In this document: positions 25,326-31,617 of the stretch, one piece after another
Layout: every line of letters starts with the position of its first letter
Position numbering within the stretch: the stretch's first letter is position 1
Source of the DNA: a virus
Lineage: Duplodnaviria; Caudoviricetes
IMG/VR virus record: IMGVR_UViG_3300037790_000017
Span: 1 to 31,617 of that record
Strand: one strand, 5' to 3'
Length of the DNA stretch: 31,617 nucleotides
The notes under the pieces: model-generated
The model's input: the letters and a program-made list of their open reading frames with translations, nothing else
What the model was told of the DNA's origin: nothing
Database searches by the model: none
Made by a program: the position numbers and the translations under genes

Positions 25326-25513
25326 AAAGGGATGTCTCCGACTTGCGGCACCTCCTGCACGACCTTGGTGTCGTATGTGGTGCGGATAGCTTCAACCATG
25401 CCCACTGACTCCCAATTTGCAGCCATTGACGGCGACACACCATCAAGAATTTGACCAGCTTCGATATTGCCGAATTGGGTTGAAATAAACGGTTTTAGTG
25501 CTTTTACTTTCAT
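25229..25513 (-). CDS. Small putative head-associated protein with Ser/Lys-rich tail
   Basis: GGAGG RBS before ATG 25513; MKVKALKPF...G..AGQIL pattern typical of the small gene after HK97-type capsid genes. Confidence 0.75.
   Translation of the reverse strand: MKVKALKPFISTQFGNIEAGQILDGVSPSMAANWESVGMVEAIRTTYDTKVVQEVPQVGDIPLTNGPDKESLSSQAAPASPKKTRKSSKAKKSS
25282..25331 (-). promoter_or_regulatory. Putative programmed -1 frameshift signal
   Basis: In-frame C_CCT_TTA (25331-25325), spacer ACCAAT, stem-loop GGGCCG-GACAAAG-AGT-CTTTGTC-(8 nt bulge)-CGGCCC. Confidence 0.75.
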
Positions 25514-25545
25514 AAGTAGAACCTCCGTTCCACATATTACCATGA

Positions 25546-26394
25546 TTACAGTAGATAGAGAATTTTATCGCCCTTTGCCTGATTCTCAGAAGCCCACATT
25601 GGGCGCAAATTTGTATAGTGGTTCAGGGCTATAACATCGGCTTCATTGGTTGCGGATGATATTGGCACTATGTGGTCTAAGTGCCATTCGCTTCGGTTAT
25701 CCCAGCTCATTCCGTCGTGGAACTGCCTTTCAATATGATCTGCAAACTGCTGCCATGAGTCTACGCCAAGCATTTCCTGCGCCCTGCTTCGCTTTTTGCA
25801 TCCCTGCCTTGAGAAATATTTACATATCAAAGCCCTTGTTCTAAACGATAAATCAAGAACGTGGTCTTTTTCCTTGCGAATCTTTAACTTTTTGTTGGCT
25901 GCAACATAGTAGCCTGGAATGCTTCTTGCCAGCGCTTGCCTCTCTTTAGCATAAATTGCGCTATGGGCCTTCGCGCAATCCCGGCATTTTCTGTGCTGCG
26001 CGTTAGCTTTTATGATATTTATTCCGCAATCTTCGCAAGTCGCATTTTTGCCTCTCCCAAGAGGAGCGCCTGCCTCTCTTCTTTTGCGGTCCATTGCTTT
26101 CTTCGATCTTTCCCTGACAGCTTCTAATCTGCAATTATCACAATAAACATCGGCGTTAGTCTTGTATGCCACTATCTTTCCGCAGCCAGCCTTGCACAAA
26201 GTTTCTTTAACTCTCGCGGCTCTGGCGGGCGCTTGATTCTTGCGCTTCCATTCTCGGTGATAAGTGCGCATAAAATCCTTGCGGCATGGGTGACTGCAAT
26301 ATGCGTTATTGGTTACTTTGGGGAATTCTATGCCGCATTGTCTGCAATGGGCTGTTTTTTGAATTGCGCGGGGTGTAGAATCTGTATTGTCCAT
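25546..26394 (-). CDS. HNH endonuclease with several N-terminal CxxC zinc-finger-like repeats
   Basis: GMSWDNRSEWHLDHIVP...HYTNLRPMWASENQAK; CRQC, CSHPC, CDNC, CEDC, CRDC; GGAGG RBS. Confidence 0.85.
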   Translation of the reverse strand: MDNTDSTPRAIQKTAHCRQCGIEFPKVTNNAYCSHPCRKDFMRTYHREWKRKNQAPARAARVKETLCKAGCGKIVAYKTNADVYCDNCRLEAVRERSKKAMDRKRREAGAPLGRGKNATCEDCGINIIKANAQHRKCRDCAKAHSAIYAKERQALARSIPGYYVAANKKLKIRKEKDHVLDLSFRTRALICKYFSRQGCKKRSRAQEMLGVDSWQQFADHIERQFHDGMSWDNRSEWHLDHIVPISSATNEADVIALNHYTNLRPMWASENQAKGDKILYLL

Positions 26395-26421
26395 TTCACT
26401 ACCTCCATAGTGTTTTGGCTA

Positions 26422-26456
26422 GAAGCCCCGAACAGGTTACCGCCTGCCGGGGCTTC
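26422..26456. other. GC-rich stem-loop between the capsid and HNH genes (no clear U-tract)
   Basis: GAAGCCCCG...CGGGGCTTC 9-bp arms with inner CAGG/CCTG pairing. Confidence 0.7.
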
Positions 26457-26460
26457 GTCC

Positions 26461-26469
26461 ATTATACCA
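26461..26469 (-). promoter_or_regulatory. Extended -10 promoter upstream of the HNH gene
   Basis: TGGTATAAT on the minus strand a few bases after the capsid stop codon. Confidence 0.55.
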
Positions 26470-26472
26470 CCG

Positions 26473-27687
26473 TTAGATGGTCAAGTCTCCGTAGCGTACT
26501 GCGAGAGGCGTATAGACGGCAAGAGCGCCCCGCATCTCTGCACGAATCGTGAGTAAATTTTTAGTAACATTATCAGCGTCCTGCTCAAACATCTCAACAG
26601 TGACGCCTTGACGCATGAACATCTGAATAGCATTGCTATCCATCATGTAGAACTTGCCGCTTGCTACATCATTGGAGGTTACTACAGGGATGCCCCAAAA
26701 CAGCGGAGTCATACCGCCGTTGATGTAGGACAGTGCAGCACCGCCACCGGCAGCGTAGTCATTGGATGAAGCGGTAGACTTCACACGCTCTATAGCGCCA
26801 AAGTCAGCCGGATTCATGATAATGACGTTCGGCATGTAGTCAGCGCCGATAATCGCATACTTCGCGCGGTTCAGGCTGTCCAGCGCGATTTCACCAGACT
26901 GAGGCGTAAATGCAGTGTGGCGACCGGAAGCCGACAAGCCAGCAATGTTCGGGCTGGTGCCGTTGCCCTTCAGGATTTGAGACTGCAAACGAGCCTGAAG
27001 GCCGTGACGCATACGTCGATCAATGTAGCTTTGCAGCATCGGCGCATCGTCCAGAACCTGCTTAGAGGCGCGGATGAAGTGCGCAATGGTGCGCACAGGA
27101 TCATTGACCAGCTCAAAGGTCAGATCAGATTCAGGCTTGGCAGCGCCTTCCTTGGTCTCTGCGGCATCGTTTGTCCAGCTCGCCTCGCGGGTGTATTCAA
27201 TCTGATTGCTTCCAGTTGTACCCATCGGCACGAAGTCCAGAACATTCAACGCGCGGAACGCACCGGGAACGATACCGGGCAGACGGTCAGCCTGCACCAG
27301 AGTGTCCACAGGATTCTGAGGGGAGCCACCTTCGCCAAGGATGGTGTTCTTCACCTCAATGCGAGCCTTGACGCCTTCGCCAGCTTTGAAGCCTTTGAAC
27401 GCCTCAGACTCAGCGAATGACTGACCCCATGATTTGTGCTCCTGACCGGAATCACCACGGAAGCCTTCAGTAGATTTCTGTTCCAGCTCCTTCAGGCGGT
27501 CTTGCATTTCAACACTGCCTTCTAGCGCCTGCTTGAATTCCTCAGACAGCGCCTTCACTTCAGCGCGCACAGATTCGGCAGCTCGGCCAGTCTCTGCCAC
27601 CTGAGATTCATACTTACCAACAGCTTCTTTCAGCTTTGTTTCCAGCGCAGCAAATGCGCCGTCGAGGTCTTTCTGCTCAATAGTCAT
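26473..27687 (-). CDS. Major capsid protein, HK97 fold, with N-terminal delta domain
   Basis: Coiled-coil N-terminus; EGAAKPESDLTF, VRTIAHF..ASKQVLDDAPMLQSYI, IMNPADF, NLLTIRAEMR. Confidence 0.95.
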   Translation of the reverse strand: MTIEQKDLDGAFAALETKLKEAVGKYESQVAETGRAAESVRAEVKALSEEFKQALEGSVEMQDRLKELEQKSTEGFRGDSGQEHKSWGQSFAESEAFKGFKAGEGVKARIEVKNTILGEGGSPQNPVDTLVQADRLPGIVPGAFRALNVLDFVPMGTTGSNQIEYTREASWTNDAAETKEGAAKPESDLTFELVNDPVRTIAHFIRASKQVLDDAPMLQSYIDRRMRHGLQARLQSQILKGNGTSPNIAGLSASGRHTAFTPQSGEIALDSLNRAKYAIIGADYMPNVIIMNPADFGAIERVKSTASSNDYAAGGGAALSYINGGMTPLFWGIPVVTSNDVASGKFYMMDSNAIQMFMRQGVTVEMFEQDADNVTKNLLTIRAEMRGALAVYTPLAVRYGDLTI

Positions 27688-27712
27688 GATATGACTCCTT
27701 CTCTCGGTTTGT

Positions 27713-28351
27713 TTAGATTCTCATTTGCTTGATACGGTCAGCAAGACTGACCATAGTTTGCTCTCGATCACCAAGAGACAGGGACTTGATTCGACTCACA
27801 AGCGCAGTCGCGTTAGCCCTTGAGAAGCCTCCTGCCTCACGCAGGATAGACTCCAATTCTTTCAAGCTCTCGCAGCGGTCAATAACATCGCCCATCTGCT
27901 TAACTCCTGAGACAATCGCCCCAAGGTCAGCCGGTTCCTCGACCACTGAAATTTCGATCAATTCAATCTCATCAAGTTTACGAATAGCGCCCTCTGTGCG
28001 CTCTTTACGGACGCGGTAGCCAATAGACATACCATCCACAGCGCCATGCTTTAACGAGGCGTATACATCCTCTGCGATTGAATGGCCGGGGGTTAAAGTG
28101 CCCCTGACATAAAGTCCCTTCTCGTCCTCATACATTTCTTCCCACTTGCCTATAACCGGGCCAAAGTGGTTCCACCGCATCCGAATAGGGCGGTCGCGGC
28201 TCTTTAAGGTAGATTCATAAGCGCCGGGGGTGATTGAGTCGCCGTAGGAATCCACCCCGTTAAACACGGAGGCATACCCCTCAAAGGTGCGGTGCATGTC
28301 ATCCCCGAACTTAACCTGAACTTGGGACAGCGAAAGCCGTTTATACTCCAT
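27713..28351 (-). CDS. Prohead maturation protease (HK97 type, S78)
   Basis: FEGYASVFNGVDSYGD, WNH, GMSIGY, LIEISVVEEPA; start ATG 28351 with GGAGG. Confidence 0.92.
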   Translation of the reverse strand: MEYKRLSLSQVQVKFGDDMHRTFEGYASVFNGVDSYGDSITPGAYESTLKSRDRPIRMRWNHFGPVIGKWEEMYEDEKGLYVRGTLTPGHSIAEDVYASLKHGAVDGMSIGYRVRKERTEGAIRKLDEIELIEISVVEEPADLGAIVSGVKQMGDVIDRCESLKELESILREAGGFSRANATALVSRIKSLSLGDREQTMVSLADRIKQMRI

Positions 28352-29558
28352 TGCTACCTCCACCCGGCGTAACAACCGGATTACGCGCACGCGTCAAAGG
28401 AATCATCGTGCTGTTAACGTACAATTCATCACCGCCTGGAAGTGGCGCTCTGCCTTCCTCGGCCCTTGCCTCATTCGGCGTGATCTGGCCTGAGTTAATT
28501 TCTTTCTGCTTCGCCTCTGCCCTTGCTGCCCGGTCAGCCCTTAGCAGTGCGTCAAAGTCAAACCGTACATCTGCTTTTGATCGCAGGCCCGGAGCCATCA
28601 GGTTGTGAGTTATGCTTGACTCAAACCGTTCCAGATAGGGGCGAAGATTCAGCTTGTAGAAGCCTTGAACGATCTGCTCAATGCCCGATCCCCACGTTGT
28701 AGAGCCTGAAGTGTCGTTAATCAGAACTGAAGGCACGCCCATAAACCTGGCCAAGTCCTCAATCGAGAACCTTCGGGAATCCAGCAGCTCAATATCCTCT
28801 GGCGACATGGAGACCTTTTCATACTTCATGCTGGCCTCTAGCACCATCAGCCTATCTGAATTGCCCTCGCGCAATTCGTTAAACTCGTTTCTGACCTGCT
28901 CGCGCTGCTTGTCGGTCAACATCTTGTCGATCATCAGAACGCCAGTAGGCTTGCCGCCATTCTGGAACGTCTGACTAATTCTGCGCTCTCCTGCAAGAGC
29001 TATGCCAATTGTATTACGAGCATACCCAAGCGGTGACAGGCCGACGATTCCATTGCCGAACAGTTTTACATGCCAGATAGACTCAGCGGCGTAAGCGGCC
29101 ACCCCGTCATCACTGTAGTAGTAATGAACTATTGACCCGTCAAGCATCAACCGGGTCTCTACCTGAGATGACATCAAGGGTACTAGCCCCACCAGACGAT
29201 TACCCACGTACTGCTTGCGCGCGTAGCAATTTCCCGTCATCACAAGGTTAAGCATCATCGTCTCAAAGAACTCAAACCGCGTTTGATAGCGGTTCACCTT
29301 CCCTGCAAACAACTCCGACACATCAGACCTTAATGGGGGATTGCCTGGTAAACTTTTGTCGTTAATCTCAAGCGGAAGCCCTGCTACTGTCTCAGCAAGC
29401 AATCTGGAACATGACCAGATAGCCGACAATTGCATGGCTGTGTCAAACGTAACCGGCTGCGGTGTAGGCGCGGCATAAGTGGCAGGCGTCGGGTTTTGTG
29501 ATCCTTCCTGTATGTGGAGGCCATTAAAACCAAGCCAGCCTAGAACGCGCCTTAGCAT
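28341..29558 (-). CDS. Portal protein, HK97 family
   Basis: LLAETVAGLPL, GNCYA, GLSPL, FQNGGKPTGVL, LARFMGVP, TPNEARAEEG. Confidence 0.95.
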   Translation of the reverse strand: MLRRVLGWLGFNGLHIQEGSQNPTPATYAAPTPQPVTFDTAMQLSAIWSCSRLLAETVAGLPLEINDKSLPGNPPLRSDVSELFAGKVNRYQTRFEFFETMMLNLVMTGNCYARKQYVGNRLVGLVPLMSSQVETRLMLDGSIVHYYYSDDGVAAYAAESIWHVKLFGNGIVGLSPLGYARNTIGIALAGERRISQTFQNGGKPTGVLMIDKMLTDKQREQVRNEFNELREGNSDRLMVLEASMKYEKVSMSPEDIELLDSRRFSIEDLARFMGVPSVLINDTSGSTTWGSGIEQIVQGFYKLNLRPYLERFESSITHNLMAPGLRSKADVRFDFDALLRADRAARAEAKQKEINSGQITPNEARAEEGRAPLPGGDELYVNSTMIPLTRARNPVVTPGGGSNGV

Positions 29559-29568
29559 GTCGCCCCCA

Positions 29569-31083
29569 TCACCATTTTAACGGTGCATTCAAAAATGAAT
29601 CGAGATCACCTTGCTCTTCGATCTCGCCTAATGACACGCCCATAGCAATAGCCAAAGCCACCATCCCATCTATCCGGCCTGTAGCCTTGGACTTATCCAG
29701 CTTGCGATTACCTGCCGGGTCTTTAACTACTACTGCGTTAGCGGCACACATAGTCAATACTGGATGGTTCCCGTGTCTTAACTTACCGTTCAACAATGCG
29801 GCCTCTAGCGCATCAAGCGCAGGCGACATATCCTTAAAACCTTGCCCGTATTCCTTCATTGGAAATTCAATACCCTGCTGCGCCATGTCTCGCTTAAATA
29901 TATCAATGCGCCAGCGGTCGAATCCCACAAGGTCAACGATGCTATCTGCCATTATATCAGACAATTCCTTGACAACAAACGCATAGTCTACTGTAGCCCC
30001 AGGCGTCGTCCTCATGAATCCCTGCCTAACCCATACGTCATACGGCTGACGGTCAGCTTTGGAACGGTCGGTCAATCCCTGCTCCGGCGTCCAGAAATAA
30101 GGCCAGACATCAATAAACCCATCGTCGCATAGGGATATAAATACAGCAGAGGTTAAGTCGGTACGTCCCGAAAGGTCTAGCCCCGCAAGCAATACCCGGC
30201 CAGACATTAGTCCAGGTTCATCACTGCATGACTCCCAAACTGAGCGCGAGACAAACGGGGACACGGTAGATACGCGCTGATTTAGAACGAGGTTTCTAAA
30301 AGTATTCTCAAAGCTCGGCATACGCTGCGCTTTTTCAGCCTGCTTTTGAACGTCCGACTCAGAACGGAACAATCCTAGAGCCGGGTTAGCCTTCGCCCAT
30401 TGTTTTTTGTCCATCACATCTGCGTCATCGTCGGCAGCGTAAACATGACATACGGTCTTGGGGTGCTTGTTGTTGATCGCGTCGTCAATCAGGATAGAGA
30501 ATAGGTCGGCATCCGTTGCAGCCTGGGTGCTAATGTAGATCAGCAGCGGATTGTTATACGCGCCTTGGGCGGTAGTGATCGCGTCCACAAAGTCGGACTG
30601 CGGCCCCCTGATTTGGCCTACCTCGTCAAGTATCGCCACGATTGGCGACTTACCATGCGCCGTTTTACCCTCTGCGCTGATCGCCTGATACTCGACATTC
30701 ATCGGCAAGCCAATGAGCTTTTTGCTGGACGGAATGATTCTGATTATGTCTCTGAGCTTGGGGGATAGCTGCACACACTTGGATGCAAGGTTATAAACTT
30801 CAGCGGCCTGCTCCCTGCTCATGGCACCTGAGACAATGCGGGAGTTTTGCACAGCCTCCGGCCCTACCGTATGCGCCAGAAGGATAAACGCTATGGTGCC
30901 GGTCTTGGCATTCTTGCGAGCGATTGACAGTATGGCCGTGTCGGTCACTGCCGGATTGTCGTAAATAGCCAAGATGAACTTGCGCTGAAAGTCGGCCAAC
31001 ACTACCGGCTTGCCTACCTTGTCGCCCTCAGGGATTATGCAGTACCCCTCGATGAAGGCTATGACCTTCTCGCCTCTGGTCAT
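29569..31083 (-). CDS. terL: Terminase large subunit
   Basis: IARKNAKT Walker A variant, ILDEVG Walker B, GLDLSGRTDLT nuclease motif, RIDGMVA. Confidence 0.95.
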   Translation of the reverse strand: MTRGEKVIAFIEGYCIIPEGDKVGKPVVLADFQRKFILAIYDNPAVTDTAILSIARKNAKTGTIAFILLAHTVGPEAVQNSRIVSGAMSREQAAEVYNLASKCVQLSPKLRDIIRIIPSSKKLIGLPMNVEYQAISAEGKTAHGKSPIVAILDEVGQIRGPQSDFVDAITTAQGAYNNPLLIYISTQAATDADLFSILIDDAINNKHPKTVCHVYAADDDADVMDKKQWAKANPALGLFRSESDVQKQAEKAQRMPSFENTFRNLVLNQRVSTVSPFVSRSVWESCSDEPGLMSGRVLLAGLDLSGRTDLTSAVFISLCDDGFIDVWPYFWTPEQGLTDRSKADRQPYDVWVRQGFMRTTPGATVDYAFVVKELSDIMADSIVDLVGFDRWRIDIFKRDMAQQGIEFPMKEYGQGFKDMSPALDALEAALLNGKLRHGNHPVLTMCAANAVVVKDPAGNRKLDKSKATGRIDGMVALAIAMGVSLGEIEEQGDLDSFLNAPLKW

Positions 31084-31550
31084 TAGTGCGGCCTTGCAAT
31101 CAGACCGTCGTCGAGTTTCTGTACGGTTTCCTCGGCGTCACGCTGCAACTGATTGCCCTTTGGCTGGTCTTTAGCCTTGCCCACAGTAGCCTCTGCGTGA
31201 ACGTGCAGCATTCGAGACAAAGCCACGGCTCTACGCGAGAGTGTTTCCAGCAGCGTATGCTTGGGGTTCACAACCATCGTCCCCCGGTGATTCTCTATCA
31301 CATCACCCTCTGCGTAGACCTCAGACTGGATGCGCTCAATGTCAGCCTTGCACCTTGCCAGGTTAGCCGCCATCTCGTAATCGGTTTCAGTCCACTTATT
31401 ACGCGCGCGCGCGCGTACAATGCTATCCCAAAAAGGTCGAGCAGAATCGGGAATCGAAACGTGAGCCGGTGGATCAATCGGCCCATCAAACGCAGCCTTC
31501 ATGACTTGAGCAGCTAAGTCCCCTGAATCCGATCTCTTTTGTCTCGCCAT
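31083..31550 (-). CDS. terS: Terminase small subunit (P27-like)
   Basis: PPAH...FWDSIV; GTMVVNP; immediately upstream of terL; GAGG RBS. Confidence 0.85.
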   Translation of the reverse strand: MARQKRSDSGDLAAQVMKAAFDGPIDPPAHVSIPDSARPFWDSIVRARARNKWTETDYEMAANLARCKADIERIQSEVYAEGDVIENHRGTMVVNPKHTLLETLSRRAVALSRMLHVHAEATVGKAKDQPKGNQLQRDAEETVQKLDDGLIARPH

Positions 31551-31617
31551 ATCATCCTCATTTATGACAGCTGGTTAAATTTTGACCAATTCTTTGTAGT
31601 TAGTAGTAAATAAAGAG

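Noticed and set aside
26422-26456. Rho-independent terminator after the capsid gene
   Set aside because: No U-tract follows the stem on the coding strand; kept only as a stem-loop
31400-31417. 18-bp perfect palindrome TACGCGCGCGCGCGCGTA in terS
   Set aside because: Explained by the coding sequence VRARAR; single occurrence and no evidence of a packaging role
31551-31617. Possible cos/packaging site or late promoter upstream of terS
   Set aside because: AT-rich but truncated by the window edge; no identifiable cohesive-end sequence

Overview
This window is most of a tailed dsDNA phage genome: a siphovirus with an HK97-type head and a non-contractile tail, probably infecting a Gram-negative host (inferred from the GH108 endolysin and a lipoprotein). 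The left end (- strand) carries a Cro-like HTH gene, a replication initiator with internal iteron-like repeats, and a DnaB helicase. From 2.7 to 11.3 kb (+ strand) is a divergent early operon with a Sak/Rad52-like annealing protein, an HNH nuclease, an SSB-like protein, YopX, a predicted secreted metzincin and many small hypothetical genes. From 11.3 to 31.6 kb (- strand) is the late operon: terminase, portal, protease, capsid, neck, tail, tape measure, fibres and lysis. No integrase, CI repressor, tRNA or CRISPR array was seen. The most notable feature is a five-enzyme glycan-building cassette (DUF115/sugar-transferase-like, SAM methyltransferase, TupA-like ATP-grasp, two GT-A glycosyltransferases) between the capsid and head-tail connector genes. 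Its first enzyme has no start codon for its N-terminal motif and appears to be made by a -1 ribosomal frameshift (C_CCT_TTA, 6-nt spacer, stem-loop) that fuses it to the small gene in the post-capsid position. This suggests a virion-tethered glycosylation system. All family assignments come from motif recognition by eye, not database searches.
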